Position numbers and translations under genes: made by a program. DNA of 64,000 nt from Caecitellus pseudoparvulus (Eukaryota; Protista; Bigyra: Bicosoecida): the NCBI GenBank assembly GCA_965644315.1, contig CBFFRQ010000018.1, forward strand, positions 186,001 to 250,000, given 5' to 3'. The notes below the pieces were generated by a model. It saw nothing but the letters and a program-made list of their open reading frames with translations. It was not told the origin of the DNA and made no database searches. Below are positions 23,943 through 38,900 of this stretch, one piece after another. Positions within the stretch are counted from its first letter, which is position 1. Every line of letters begins with the position of its first letter.

Positions 23943-26900
23943 ATGACTGCTGTCCTGTATGACGATGACGTCATCCGCGCAGTGGCTTTTGGGAACCAGG
24001 CATTTCCACCAGACAGCTCGGTGCATGCAGGGTGAGAAGCCAGCACCTAGTGCTGAAACTACAGGCAGCGACGGAGCGCGCACCCCTTTCACAGGACGAG
24101 CGTGCAGGATTTCGTGGATGTCTTTGCATCCTCCATGTGTGGTGACGAGCGCAAGATCGAAGCGGTACGTGCCTTCTGCGCCGCAAGAGGCACGAGGCAA
24201 ATGCAGTGCAGGAGCCAGCCTGCTGCAGCAAAGCTGCTGTCGTGGAGGCGCCTGGCGAGAGAAGACAATGTGCGAGCAGCCCGACACTAGTTTCTGCCTT
24301 CACCTGCACCACAGATATTGGAGCTGTGCTCTTCAGTGCAAAAGTGGGCAGATGAACCGGGAACTGGCACCTGCGGCTCGGCCTCTGGTGTCGTTGCAGG
24401 AGGTGTGCTGGACTGCTTGGTGGCGGCCACTCGCCTGGTGCTGGGACCTGCACCAGCGCCGACCCAGAGAAGCGTCGGCAGTGCCATGGGGTCCAGTGCA
24501 GGCGCCGTGGCAGCGTTGCGCGTGCTGCAGGTAGGCCACGTGCACCAGCTCCTCCGCCAGCAGTGGGTCCAACCCGACGGTGCGCCGGGCCACAGCACGG
24601 GTGCCGCCCTCGGTGGTGTGGCGGGCCAGGACGGGCAGCCCACCGCAATGACAGCCATGGCCAGCGTAACCTCCTGCCTCGCCCGGGTGGCCGCGCTCGC
24701 CTGCAATCGGCACAGCCTGCACCGACGCGGCCTGCTGCCCCTCTGTGTCCACCTGCTGCAGCACTGCCAAGCCGTGCTGGCAGAGCAGTTGGCTAGCCAG
24801 CCACTGGCCTCCCCAGCCCCCGCCCGTGACGTGCAGGACACCCTGCAGGCCATCACTGGCATTTCACTCGTGTTGCAGCTCAGCGCCGGGGGCGCGGCAG
24901 CTGGGCCACGGGCACAAGCGCAGCAACTGCTGGCAGCGGCCTGCACTGCGTGCCCCACGCCTAGAGAGGCAGATCCTGGTCCAATCGCACCTGTTGAGGA
25001 TGGCGGAGATCGCGCCGAGGTGCTGGCTGCAGCCCACATGGCGACCGAGGGCAGGACCTGTGCGGTGCTGGTGCAAGTCGCCAGTCTGTGCCTCATCGCA
25101 CAGCAGCGCTCGTGGGCAGAGGACGCCGCCGTGCAAGACAGGGCCTGCACCGCCCATGCGGCGTGCTTGCTGGCTTTTAGCGCTCTGCTGGCCTTGGTGC
25201 CGCCGCTGCACGCCCCCGTCCGCCCGGAGCGGCTGGGGGAGGAGGGCCTGGGGGACGCCAAGACTGAGGGTGGCTCGGGGTCCATCTTCTCAGGCTCGTC
25301 ACTGCTGGAGCCAGGGGCGCTAGCGTCCCTTCCAGGTGTCAGTGGCGGCAGCACGCCGCGTCACATCTTGCGCCCCCGGCGTCCGCCCTCCCTGCACCTT
25401 CCCGCCGCGCCTGATGAGGAGGAGAGCGTCATGCTGACGTCATGCGCCCACCACAGCGCCGTGCAAGTGGGGGTCTTGGAGCACTTGCAGGTGGTGCTGT
25501 GCAGGCTGTCTGGCGCGGCGCAGCCCCACCTTGCGGCTGCGCTGCATTGTTCTGCCCTGCTGGCATTGAACACGCTCTGCTCGCCGCACGTCTATGCGCG
25601 GGACATCATTTCAGTGTTCTTTGCCAACTTTCCCAGTGTCTTGGGCCTCGTCACGACGCCGACACCGCACAGCACGTGTGCGTCGCTCATCAGCAATTTG
25701 CTGGCGACGCCCCCCCCCTCCCCGACCTACAGCACCCCCCTCACAACTCTCACTCTGTCGCTAGCCCTCGGCACGCCGCCTGTCCACGACCCCGCGCCAA
25801 GCTCCACATGTGCCGCCCTCATCCTCACCTCCACGCTGATGTCAGCTGCCCTGGCTGTGCGCTGTCCAGCCGCAGGGGGTCTCCCCCGCAGCATCCTCCG
25901 CACAGTGCCTTACGTGAAGCTGCTGGTCAAAGGCAGCGTGCGGGAGCTGGCTGCAGGTGCTGCCTCGCACCTGTCTTCGCCTTCAGCGAGGTCCTCCGCA
26001 GCGCCACGGCACGGCAGCCTTGTACTATCGCGGCCCTCCTCCCTCCCACACCAGCAGGCAGCCGTGCGTGGCTACAGCATCGGCAGCGCGCCCCGCCCAG
26101 GGCACGCCAGCAGCCCCGCCTCCAGGCGGCCTCTCAGGGCCCCTGACCGCACGCAAGTCACTGGTTTTGTGCCGTCGACGCAGCCTGCGCCGCTGCCCCT
26201 GCTGTCGCGTTCCCGCTTGACTGCCCTCGTGACGGGGGCGGTGGAGTGTGTCCTGGACTCGTCTGCCAGCCTGGATGCCGCCCTGCACGTGGCTGTGTCC
26301 TCCATCCCGCCGTCCTTCACCCAGGGAGACTTCGCTGCCTGCCGAGCGGCCCAAGCGGCGTCGGGCGGCGGCCCCTGGGGCGACTGGTGCATCTTGCAGC
26401 ACGTTGGCTCGCCGCCACCCAGCACAGTCGCGTCGCTCGTGGACGACTGCATGCAGCAGTGGCGCCTGCGCGCCGAGTGGAGCCGTGCTAGCTCAGCCTT
26501 GGACTCTGCCTGCCACAGCTCAGCGCAGGGCGTACCTGGCGCAGGAGACGTCGCTCTGGCCATGTTGCATGCCATGGTGCTGCTGGAGCCGCTGGCTGCC
26601 GCAGTGCTAGCGGCGTCGCAAGACGTGACACTGCTGCTGCAGCGGGTTGCCCAGCCCGTCAGTGCTGTGTACGGGGTGGGCGTGGATGCCGCCGAGTGGG
26701 ACGCGGGTTCCGTGTCCACCGCCTCCCTGCACCTGGTGCCGGTGCAGCAAGCCCTTGCGCCGCCCCATGCGAGCGCAGGGGAAGGCTCCCGTGCCGACGG
26801 CGGCCCGAGTCACACACGAGCTGAGGTACTGGGGCAGGAGGAGGGCAGGTCTGTCGCGTGGCGGCATGCCGTCACGCACTCCACCCTGGCGACGAACTCC

Positions 26901-29900
26901 AAGGCCCTCGCCTCAGGCACGACTCGGCTGCTGCAGTTGGCAGGGTACGCAGCGGCGCAGAGCATTCAGCAGTGGGTGACGGGTCGTGGCACCGGGGGGC
27001 TTGGGCGGCCCTGGCGTCCAGAGGACTCCGCCAGCACGGCGGCCTCTGATCCCCAGGTCAGGCGCATGCTTCAGGTGAACTTCTGCGTCGTGTGCCACAC
27101 CACGGCGGCCCTGCTGCACGTTGGGTCGTGGTGGGCCCGCTGTGACTTTGTCACTGTTGCCTGCGCAGAAGCACTGCAAGGCCTCTTGCGTGACCAGCCT
27201 CTGGTGCTAGGCGACACCCTGCAGCACCTGCAGGCGCAGCCTGTGCTCAGCGCCTGGCTGCACAGCGTCAACTGCGCCATGTCTGTGAACGCTGCCGCCT
27301 TGGCGGGGGCTGGACCGCACGCTGACGTGGAGGGTGTCATGGTGCGCTCAGCGCCTGTGGACATGCCCTTGCTTCCCCACCTGCCTGCTGTGGACGCAGC
27401 CATGGCGTGGGGCGGCGTGCCCGCTGAAGGCGAGGACGAGGAGGGAGAGGCAGGTGCGGGCGCCAGCACCGCGCACGGCACGGCGGGCACACAGCCCATC
27501 CCTCCTTCCCACAACTTGCCTGCCTTCCTCGCCGGCGCTCGCATCGACCCAGACTACTGGAGTGTGGAGCGGCGTCAGGGCGGCCCTTCGGCCCAGGCAG
27601 CGCGGCGTGACAGTGGCGCTGTCGCGCCGGTGCCCACACAGCGAGGGCGCTCTCACGAGGCGGCTGAGGTTTCCTGCGGGTTGCACCCCCGTGGATCCAG
27701 CTCTGCCGCCCTGCGCAGTGTGTGGGCTGCGGTGCGCCTCGCAGTCGCCCACGTCGGCATTTTGCCCCGCATGCACGTGCTGGCAGACTTGCAGCGAGTG
27801 TCTCAGCAGGGGCTGAGCGGACACCTGCAGTGGCAGTGGCCGACCACGCCGCCTAGCTCCCCTCGCCAGCCCATCCAGGGCATCGCCGTTGTAAGTGCTG
27901 TTCTGTCCCCCGACCCTGCGCAGCGGGCGTCCCTCCTGCACTGCATCGCGGGCTTGCTCGTGTGGCCCTGGCTCCGCCCCCAAGTGGTGCATACCCTGGG
28001 CCTGATCTTTGCGACTGGCGAGCCTGTCCTGGAGCGTGCCGCCGTCCTGGAGTTGTCAGCAGCCCGGAACATCTCCCAGCAGCGCCAACGAGAGCTGGCG
28101 CAGCCGGCCGACTACGGCGCCCCCACATTGCACTCCCCAGGCCCCTCGCCACCTCTCCAGCGCAGCCAGTCTGGGCGGGGGGTGCCGAAGCTGCTGTACC
28201 GTTCGCAGGAGCGACGCTCCCGCCCTCCCCAGGGACAGGCAGGGCACCTACCCCTGCCCGCCTGGACTGTCGCCACAGTTGAACACGCAGCGGGCGAAGT
28301 GAGGCGCGGCCTGGCACGGTACAGACAAGACGCCTCCTGGAGGGCGGCGGGGGCAGCCGTGCGGGGGGACCTGCCTGCAGCACACGCGCTGCTCATGCAG
28401 TTGACCCCGCCACCTCTCCTGCAGTGCGGAGGAGGTGTTCGCCCTGTCGCGCCCATCCAGTCCACAGGCGCCGCGCCAGAGCGCCTGTTGAACGGGTGGC
28501 TCAACGCAGGCCTCCGGGAGTCACGGCGAACTGTGGCTGCCTGGTGGAGCGACGTCGCGCAGCCCGTCCTCATCAGCCTGCACGAGCACGTGGGCGAGCT
28601 CACCCGCGCGTCAAGGCTGGGGCAGCGGCCGTCCTCAAGGCAAGCGCAGTTTGCCCAGGCGGCGGCTGCCCGGGCCAAGGTCATGCTCCTGCACACTGCG
28701 AGCGTGTGGAATGGCCTCATGGCGGCCATGGTCCAGTCGTGCCTGCCGCAGGTATCCCCCCCCCAGGCGCTGGCGAGGAGCTCTGAAGGTGCCGAGCCCG
28801 CGGGCGATGCGCCCCCCCCCGCCCTACCTGCCTCCCTGGATGAGGGTCCGCCGTGGCTGGCTTCTCACGGCGTGCCCACCACAGTGCCGGCAGCGTCGCC
28901 ACCTAACCTGGCGCACTGGGAGTGGGTCATTTCCCTCGCGCACATGTCACACATGCCCCTGCGCCTGGCCCTGCACCCCAACTCCCAGCGCATCCTCCAA
29001 GGCTCCTTCGCCGCCGCCGCAGACAGCCTGGCACTGGCGGCGGAAGCCTTGCCGAAACTGGCAGGCGCCGACCTCGCCCCTGCCCGCACTGCCCTGCTCT
29101 CCGTCGCCATGCACGCGCTGCAGGCCGTGTCGGCTTGTCTCGTGGGGGCTCCTGCCGCTGCAACGTTGCTGCCCGCCACGTTGCGGCCTGCCACCTGCCA
29201 AGCCCTCCTCGACGCAGCGCTGGCTGGGCTCTCTGAGGCTGGTTCCTGCCAGGGAGCAGTGGCGGCGGAGGTGTGTGTCGCGCTCATAAACGTCGCCGTG
29301 GATGGCGCGCTGGCGCCTGTGGCTGGCGCCGCGCAGTTCCTGACGCAGCCACACTTGTGGCCGAAGGGCAGCCTTATGCACTGCTGCGTCACACACGACA
29401 GGGTGCTCGCTGGCGTGCTCCCGCTCCTGCACACGTGGTTGGAGAAGCTGCACGTCACTGTAGTGCGCGATGCGGCGTGCGACAGTGCCGGGCGCGCTCT
29501 AGTGGAAGGTCACATGGCCAGCCTGCTGCCAGTGCTGCGTGTGCTGCACGCACTGGTCAGCCCCGTCGCTGGCTCTACCTACGCAGCCCTCAACGCCCAC
29601 AGCGTCGCCCACGCGACTTCCATCGCTGTGAGCACCAGCATGGACATTGTCTGCACACTGGGTGCACTGTGGGCGGCGTGCACCTCCTCGGGCTCCCACC
29701 AGGTATCGCTGCGCGAGGCTCAGCAAGGCAGCGCGGTGGAAGACTTGAGCAGCGTGCCACCCCCTTCGCACGCTCTGCCCATGTGCCTGCTCTTGGCCGC
29801 AGACGTCGCAGGGGCGCTGTGCCGTGGCAACGCCGACGTGCACGGCATGAAGCGCCTCCTGCGCAGCGTCGGTGACCCGGCGTCGGCCATCGCCCGCGTT

Positions 29901-32900
29901 CCACACGCCGTCAACATGGACCCGGGCATGTTGCAGGAGTTTTGCCTGCTGTGGCTGGGCATGCTGTCTGTCGTGCTGTGCCATTCGCAGCGCATTCCGC
30001 AAGTGGTGCAGCGGAGTCTGGGCGGCTTTGGGCTTCTTGGTGAGCAGCCCTCCCACGAGTTGGCGCAGGGGGGACTGACGCACCGTCGCCCGGCCCCAGT
30101 GAATGCGTACTTCATGCTGCCCAGTGCGTCTGCTGGTATTCAGTGCCTGCGCAGGGAGGGCATGGATGCCGTGTCGCCAGGCATCTCCCCATGGCCCCGC
30201 TCGGGCTTCTCCATCGTGCTGTGGTTCAGGCTGGACCCGCTTGGCAAGGTGCTGGTGCGCCCAGTCATGCCACCTCCGCCGCCACCCATGCAGGCAAGCA
30301 CTGAGCAGCAGCCACCGCAAGTGACCCTGCGGGACCCCTTCCCGTGGCATGCGCCCTGCTTGGCCAGCGTGTTTGACGGCTCCGGTCGGCGCGTGCAGGT
30401 GAACTTAGAGCAGGCTCCACCCCCCCCTGCAAGTCCAGGCAGTGCGCCGGGAGACGCCCAACGGTTCGTGATCGTTGCCAGCGTGCAGGCGACCGAGAGG
30501 GGTCCCCCCATCACCCTGGCCGCCGAGGATGTGCACATCCTCCCCAACGAGTGGCACTGTGTGGCAGTCAGCATCGCCTCCTCTGTGTCACAGCCCACGC
30601 CGCGTCCCCGTGTGGAGCAGCGGGCTCAGCGGGAGCCCTCTTCCTTCTTCTCCTTCTTTACGAGTCAGGGCGCGGGGGCCAAGGCAGGACCAGAGGCGGG
30701 TGGCGGGTCCACCTTGGCTGCGCCCAGGGTCACTCGCGGCCAGCTGGCTCTGGCTGTGAACGGGGCGCCCATGGGCAGGGTGGAGTGCCCTTTTCCCGAG
30801 TTTGGGCACGCCGCCGGCCCGACGCAGGTTACGCTGGGCACTGCGCCCCACGAGGAGGTGACCCTATCAGGCGTCGCCCTGCAGAGTGTCATGGGGATGG
30901 GCGGGCTGGGTCTGCCTGCGCTGCAGCGGTCTGGGTGGGCCCACGATGCCTTGCCTCGTGACTGGGGCCAGGTGCAGCTGACGGCGACGGTGCTGCGCCA
31001 CATGCGTGGGCGCCTGGCCAATGTCCGCCTCTTCCACATGCCCCTGCGCATGGACACCCTGTGCGCCGTCTGCCTGCTGAGCGGGGACGTGGAGGGCGGC
31101 TCGCTGCTGCAGCCGGGCGAGGTGCGTGCTCGCCCCGAAGCGTCCACTCTGCACAGCCTCATGCGGGCTGTGCAGCGCCAGTCAGCCCGGCGACCGGGCC
31201 ACCCCGCAGAGTTGTGCCAGACCGCGCTGCACGCCGCCACGGTGAAGCTGTCCAGTGAAATGGGGGAGAGGCCGGTGGGGGCTGCACGGGGAGGCTCCAT
31301 CCCAGGCCTCGCTGCCCCCTCCCCAGTGCAGCCCCCCACCTTGGGCCTGACCAGCGCCGCCCCCCCCTCCAGCGAGCCCGACCCCTCCGCCGCATCACCC
31401 TCGGCTCCGCCCACGTCCCAGCTCGCCAGCTCCGGCGACGGCACTGGCGTCCCTGATGTGCGTCCGGCGGTGCTGGACAGCTGGGAAGCCGTCACTTCCC
31501 CCCACACCATGCCGCTGCACGCCATTCCCTCCGTGCTGCGGCAGGTCCAGCTGGGGCCGCCGCCGCCCTCTGCGCCACAGCACTTCGGCATGGACGCAGG
31601 GTACGCAGGGCGTGTTCTGGGCTCGGCGCCACCCACTGCGAACACGCCTTGGGAGCCTCTTGCCTCCACGCTGCACAGTGTCGCGGGCACGGTGCAGGCG
31701 CTGACTGATTCGGGCGTGCAGCAGACGCTTCTCCTGGCGCTCAGCACGGGGGTGGTGGACTCACCGCCCGGCGTGTCAGGCCCGCGCCCCAGCATGCAAC
31801 TGGCGCTGAACACAGTGCGTGCAGGGCAGGGTACCTGGCGCCAGGTGGCTGGGGCGCTGCTGGGCAGCACGCTCAGCATCAACCGCACATCAGGCGGTGA
31901 GTCCTTGGAGGCGGTGGGGGGCTTGCCCCTGCTCCTGACAGCCCTGCCTGCCATCGCCACGGGTGTGCGCGGCGGCATCCTGGCAGCCGAGGCAGACGGG
32001 GGGGCGGCCCCCCCCCCTGGCGCAGGCCACCTCCCCCCCGCACAGGCTGCCTGGTGCCTGGCCCTGGACCTCGTGCGCCACCTGCTGCGCGTGCCGAAGG
32101 ACGTGCAGGGCACGGTTCTGGCCGAGAGCGTGACCCCTTTCATGAACCGGGCCCGGGCGGCCGTGTTGGGCTTCCCCCAGCTGCTGCGGAGCCTGGCCAT
32201 GTGGGTAGCCGGCACCACAGCGGCGTGTCGCACGGACGGCGCGCGCGCCCTGCGGGCTACCTTCCTGCGCGCCACCTTCCACGGTGTCATGCGCATGTCT
32301 GTGCTGGATGACCAGCTGCGGCAGTGGGTGTGGTGGCGTCGCTGCTTCCGCACGGCCATGCTCATGGACGTCGCTGGGTGGGCCCATGCAGGGGTGTACG
32401 CCCTGCCCCTCACCCACCTGAGCCTGGCCCTGGACCAGAGCGCCTCCGCTGCCCGCAGTGCCTGCCAAGGCACAGGCCCCCTGGTCTTCGCCCTCTGCAA
32501 GCACCTGCGATACTCCACCGCGCTGGCAGGACTGGCCGGCCACGATGCTGCTTGCACGCTACAGGCCCTGCGCCAGTGCCGCCAGCAGCGGGGACAGGCG
32601 TTCCAAGTGCTCATCGCCTTGCTCCGGGAGGGCGCAGCTACATCCAGGCTGGGGCCTGGGGAGCTGGGGCTGGTGCTGGCCGCCCCCTTGTACTTGCGTG
32701 GGGAAGCCGCGTGGCACCGCGCCCTGCAGCCCGCAACGGGCTTGGAGGACATGTGCTGCGTGCTGGAGACGCAGGAGTGGTTGGGCTTGCTGTGGGCGGT
32801 GCTGGTGGAGGACAACGTGTGGGACACGGCGAGCTCGGCGGAGCTGCTGTGGGGCGCCTTGAACACGGCCCACCCGGCAGCCACGTATGCGTTGGCCCAC

Positions 32901-35900
32901 AGTGGCACAACAGACAGAGCAGTGGCCGCCCTGGACCTGGTGCGCGCGGCCCGGGCGGCGCTGCAGAGCCACTTGGTCCCCTCAGCGCCCCGGGACTTCA
33001 CGGAGGCAGATGTACGGGCGTGCTGTGCGGCGCTGGGGGCGGCGTTGGGGTGTGTGGGGCCGCTTCACCCCAGTGGCGAGTCTGAAGGGGGGCACACTCG
33101 GGATGTGTCGTTCATGAGCTGCGGCTCCGGGTTCAGCCAAGCCCCACCAGCCGACCAGGCAGGCCCGCCTGCGTCCGACGCAGCAGCACTCCCTGGAACC
33201 GGCCTGAACGTGTCCTCCACCTCTGCTCCGACCCGGACCGGTCAGGAAGAGGAAGAGGCTGAAGCTACGGAGGCCAGCGGATGCCACTCACCCGGTGGCT
33301 CCCCTGTCGTCCCGGGGCAAGCCCACTCTGCTGCATCGCCAGGCTGCGTGGATAGCGAGGCTGAGGAGGATGAGGAGGCGGGGCCGGCGCCAGCGCGGGC
33401 CAGGGCGGCATCTGCAGCAGACGTGGACAGCAACGTGTCCCCCGACATCCGGGGGCGAGCCGGCACCGGCACGTCAGCCAGCTCCCGCGCCGCCCCGGCG
33501 CGAGTCTTTCTGCCCGTCACAGCGCCTGCCTCAGGACACACCCTGGAAGCCCTGCTGGCGCTGTGCTTGTCTCCGCACTACGCAATCGCGCAGCTCGCAG
33601 GGAAGGTGACACTGGAGCTGCTGGGGTGGTTGGCTTCCCGCCTGCAGGCCGCACTGCCGCCAGCTGGACTGCCTGACGCCCCAGATGGCGCACAGGCCAG
33701 CATTGGGCGGGAGTGCCCCTCCTTGGCAGCGCTGCAGGCACAGACCAGTTGCGTCGTGCCCGTGGGTGCCCTGGCAACATGCCAGCCCAGTTGGGCTGTG
33801 CCACTGGCGGGTGTGGCGGCGGCAGCGCACCTGGCGCCGTGGCATGACGGCGTGCTGCTGCCGTACCCAGAGGCTGAGGCGTTGGGGTCTGGGGACGCAC
33901 TGGAGTCACCCATGGTCCAAGTGCTCAGCGGCGCACGCCACGCCCGGCTCACTCTGCAGCGCCTGGCCTCCACGGCGGCCCAAGGTGTCCTGTCCAGCGC
34001 CAAAGGCGGGTGCCCCATACAGGTCGCTGGGACGGCAGATACTTCAGAGGCGGGGCGGCAAGTGCTGCTCTGGGCGTCGGCTCTGCTGCCAACTGCGGAA
34101 CTAGCGGTATCAGCAGGGGAGGGGCAGTGCCACCCATGTCCGCTGTCCTTGCAGGTGGACGCCATGGCCCTGGTGATGGCGGCGTGCACTGGTAGCTGTG
34201 CGGCTCGCGACGCGTCTGCTAGCGGCGTCATGGCCCACCCAGACGTGCGAATCCTCGGCCTCCCTCCCAGGGTGCCTTGGTGGGGCACAGGCCTCTCCAC
34301 TGCCGCTGCACCATCCCCCGGCTTCGCTGCGGAAGCTGACCTCATCAACGCTGGGGCCGGCACGGTGCGTGCCTCGGCCACCACACCAGAGGCAGGGGAG
34401 GGGCTGCTGGGGGAACTGTTTGGACAGGTGGACGCGGCCCTGCCGCGCCTGCCCCTTCCAGGCGCCCTGCTGCAGGCCGTGAACAGTCTGCCCGCCTTGC
34501 CCCGTGCTGTGCAGCGTGCTGGCATGCGGCGCGCCATGAACGTGCTGGCGGCAGCGGTGGAGAGCGGGGGCGCATCTGCTCACGGGCCAGTGCTGGCTGT
34601 GATGGGGTCGGCCAGCTGGTGTGTGCCGTGGCTGCGCCTACTGGGGCTGTCCCTGCGCGGGGCAGGCAGCGGCACGCAGCCCACGAGCAAGCCACAGGCG
34701 AACCAATTGCAGACGCTCCTGGTCTTCAGCACGTCGTGCGTCACAACCATGCTGCGCACGGCCGCCGTGCTGGGGGGGGTGCAGCGTCCCGAGCCTGCCT
34801 CGCCCGCTTCGGACGCCCAAGCCCGGCACTTCCGCATGCCCAGCTCAGCCAGCGAGGAGGGTGGGCTGGGGTGGCGGGAGCGGTCCCCCAGTGGTGCCTC
34901 CCAGCCCGGTCTGCGCAGCGTGGGCTCGTCCTCCAGCCTGGCGGGGGATGCGTGGGGGGCGGTGGAGGCGACGCGACCCACCTGGCTGCAAGGCTTCGGT
35001 GCGCACCTGGCCGGCGTGTGCGACGTGCTGGTCGCCCTGCGCGACGGCGATGGCGACGCACCTCTGTTCGACGCACCCATGGCAGTGGCTGGCATGCTGG
35101 CCCACCAGACGTACCTGCAGCTGGCGCGCTCATTGCCGGCTTCGGCCGGGGCCGTGCCCTTCCTTCCTCCTCAGTCCAACCCAGGCAGTGATGCAGGGAC
35201 AGAGCATGCCATAGCAGGCCAGTCTGCACCGCCGGCCTTGCTGTCAGCTGACCAGGTGCAGCCTGTCACGCGGGCAGCGGGGCACTTCCAGGAGGAGCTG
35301 TCCATCTGGGTGGCCCGCCACGCGACACGAGACGAGGCCAGCGCCGCCCCTGCAGCCGCCAGCCTGGCGTCCTTCCTGGGCTATGTGCGAGACTGGGTGT
35401 GCTGCCTGCCGCCCGGCAGTGCCGTGTACACCAAGCCAGAGGATCTCCTGACGCCGCCCCGAATCGGCACACCCCCCTGGGCGTTCCTGGCCAACGTTGC
35501 AGCCATGGTTGCGAGTGTCGGGACTGGCGGGCCAGGCTCCAGCTCCCAGGCCTGTGCCGCCCTCATCCACAGCGCCAGGGCCCAGCTGCTTCCCATGATG
35601 GCATGGCTGCATGAAGCCCAGCCTTGGGTGCCCCCGCCGTCCCCGCCGGGCCCGCCATCAGCGCAGGCTCGCTGGCATGCCCACCGCCAGCAGGCACTGC
35701 CGCTGGTGCCGTGGACACTGGGCACATGCTCCGTCTCGCCGCAGCAGCTGCAGGCCTGCTTGGAAGCGTTCAGCCGGGCTGTGGCGGGCATTGCCCGCAG
35801 GGCGGTGGCTGCCGTGACACGGTCCTCCCTCGCCCCCCTCTGCCGCCTGCTGCAGGAAGCGACAGCTGTGGCTGCTATGGCCAGCTGCATGGCGGGGGAG

Positions 35901-38900
35901 GGCGCCGCAGGCATCACACGCACGGCCCAGCGCGCTGTGGGGGACCTCCTGCCCTCCGTCCGGCCCGCCGTAACGCAGGCTCTGCTCGGGGCGGGGCTGG
36001 CCCCCCAGTCCCTGCCCCAACATGTGGCCCTGCCGCCCCAGTTGGCAGACAGCCCCGCGCTCAAGCCGTGGACGGCGGTGCTGCAGGGTGTGGCCGAGGC
36101 GCAGCACCTGCCTGGCAGCATGCAGGAGCAGGTGGCGGGGCTGGGTAGCCAGTGGCTGCTGCTGTGCCTGGGCAGTGCCCTGCACGGGGCGCCTGAGGTG
36201 CAGCCGCCTGCAGCGGGCGTCGGTGGTGCCTGCCCCCACGCGGCCCTGCAGGCCCACACACTGCAGTGCGGGGCGGAGGTGCTCTGGCGCGGCGCAACGG
36301 TGGGCACCTCCCTGGCTGCGGTGCTGGCTGGGCCCACTCTCCGCCTGGCAACCCACGCTGCCCGCCTGCACTTTAGAGTGGGCACTGCCTCCTGGCGCCG
36401 CCTGCACAGCCGCCTGCTGGCTCCCTCCTCGCCCTGGAATGAGCTTGCCAGTGCCTTGGGCGGGCGGCGCGGAGCGGGGCACTTGGCCCCACCTCGCGGG
36501 CACACGAGCCAGGGCCACACAGAGCAGGCGCTCACAGTTGCGAATCCGGCCGTGGCCGCCCTGAACACACCCGAACACAGTTTGGAGCCGCGCATGGCGG
36601 TGGACGGCTGGAGTGACAGTCTGCAACGACGCCGACGCCTCGTGCCACTGAAGGCAGGCACGTACCACAAATGGGCCCTGCTGTTTACGCTGGTGCCGTC
36701 GCTGCCCGGTCACTCGTCGTTGCACGTGGTGGAGGCGGGCTCGCCGCCAACTCCCGCGGCTGCCGGCACACCCACTTCGCTTCAGGCGGGCCACTTGAGC
36801 CCCGTTGCGGCAAGCTTCAGGAGTGCTGAGGGGCTGAACGTGTGGCTGCGGGACCTGCTGTGGGGGCCAGAGACTGCAGAGTCCCCCCCTCATCCGCCAG
36901 CACGAGCGCCGGCAGACAGCACGGACGCTCACAGCGCACGCCAGCCTGCAGAGCGTGACGGGCGCGTGGAGGCGATGACTGCTGAGGCACCGCCGCTCCC
37001 CCCGGCGCCCACGTCAGAGGTCCCACCCCCTGCCCGACGGCAGTCCAGCATCGTCAGACAGCGCTCCCGCAGCACGCCCATGCGCCGTGCAGCGGTGGCT
37101 GCCGCCACACCCACTTTGCCTGACTCCATCATGGAGGAGCTGCGCTTCGACCTGTTGCTCCTCGCTTGCGTGGGGCGGGATCCCGCGGCAACTCACCTGC
37201 ACGAAGACAACGCGGGGCGGGGCGGGCTGCTGGCGCGTGTGGGGCGGCAGTTCAGCCGCGGGGTGGACGGCCCCGGCAGTGCCCTGACGGCAGCGGACCT
37301 GCTCCGAGACATGCGGCGGCGCATGGCCTCCCCCACGCAGTGGTATGGCATCTCGCCATCTGATGCCAGCAAGCTGTGGGCGGAGGGCCCTCTGCGTGGC
37401 GCCACCCCTGCCCCGCCGAGCGGGGGGGTGGCGCTAGGGATGGCTGGGTCCAGGCCCCTGCTGCCTCTGGGCACCGGGGTGGGGGGGTGGCAGAAGGGGC
37501 TGCCGGCGAGCCGCGGCAACACGCTGGGGGAAGAGGAGGAGGGCACCGTGGTGTCCTTCGCGTCAGAGCCCTCTGCGAACTTCCTCCCGTTCATCCCGGG
37601 CGCCCCCGCCTCCTCCCACCGCCGGGACAGCGTCGCATCCGACGTGCTGGAAGGCAGCGTTGCAGGCGAAGCGGTGACTGTGCCTGCATCGGATGCTGGC
37701 AGTGTCAGCACAGAGGGCGGGTCTCGTGTATCGGGGGCGCGCCCACGCCACCGCCGCACGGCGACAGGCAGGGCCCCTCACAGGTACCTGCACACGCAGG
37801 GCTCAGTTGCCGGCAGCAGCGACGCGCACAGTGCAGGGGGCACGGCCTCCCAGCACGGTGCGTCGCAGCACTCTGCGGGCGCGGCCGAGCCAGGCGGGCC
37901 CACAGTGCGCCCTGCTGCGCCCCGCAGCAAGGGCTCCTCGACTGGCATTCTTTTCTCTGCACTGTGTGAGTGCGTGACACCGCTGCAGTCGACGCTGGGC
38001 GTGGTGGAGGTTCGCACAGGTTCGCTGTCGTGGCGGCCGGTGGCGGGGCGAGAAGCTGACCTCCTGCGCAAGTACGCTCTGGGCCCCAACCACTGGGCGT
38101 CCAACCATGCAGTGCCGAATGAGGTGCACAGATTCCACGCAGAGAAGCTGGGCGGTGCTGAGGGGCGGCACCCCATGGCGCTGTGGCTGCAGGAGCGCTT
38201 TGGCGGGGACGTGCAAGCCCTGCACTCTGCCGTTCTGGGCCAGTTGGGCGGCGCAGCAGGCGTGTACGCTCGGCGGCTGAACAAGCACTCCATTCTGGCG
38301 CCCACAGGGGCCTGGAGCATCAAGGCAAATCGCATCGTGTCTCTGGAGCGCAGGCGGTACATGTTGCAACCAACTGCGTTGGAGGTGTTTGCAGCTCCGG
38401 GTGGCTCCAGCGGCGGCAGCACAGCGTGGCTGCTGGCCTTCCCTGAGCCCACACCCCGTGACGCCCTGGTGCAAGTGTTGCTGTCCCTGCCCAAGACGAA
38501 CATGGCGCCCTACCTCGCCACAGACGAAGACGTGCGCCGCGTCGCTGTGCGCGTGTACTTGCGTTGGCGCGACCGGCTCATGTCGAACTTTGAGTTCCTG
38601 GCTTGGTGCAACCGCCTGGCAGGCCGCACGTACAACGACCCCGCCCAGTACCCAGTGTTTCCGTGGGTGCTGGCGGACTACACCAGTGCGACGCTAGACC
38701 TGCGGGACCCTGCCGTGTTCCGGGACTTGCGGTACCCCATGGGTGCTCAGAGCGAGGCACGGCGCGAGCACATGGCTGCGCGCTATGACGACTTTGCAGA
38801 CAACTACTCCTTCACCCTGCAAAGTGCACAGGAGAGCGTTGCGCAGGCCATGACGTGGTTCATTGCTGCGCAGCGCGGCGGGCTGAGCAGCCACGACGCG

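Noticed and set aside
30665-33001. Long antisense/overlapping ORFs (e.g. 778 aa here; also 40331-42127, 48268-49989, 779-2401, 20170-21384)
   Set aside because: Expected shadows of GC-rich coding sequence. They show no motifs, and the opposite strand has the recognisable protein.
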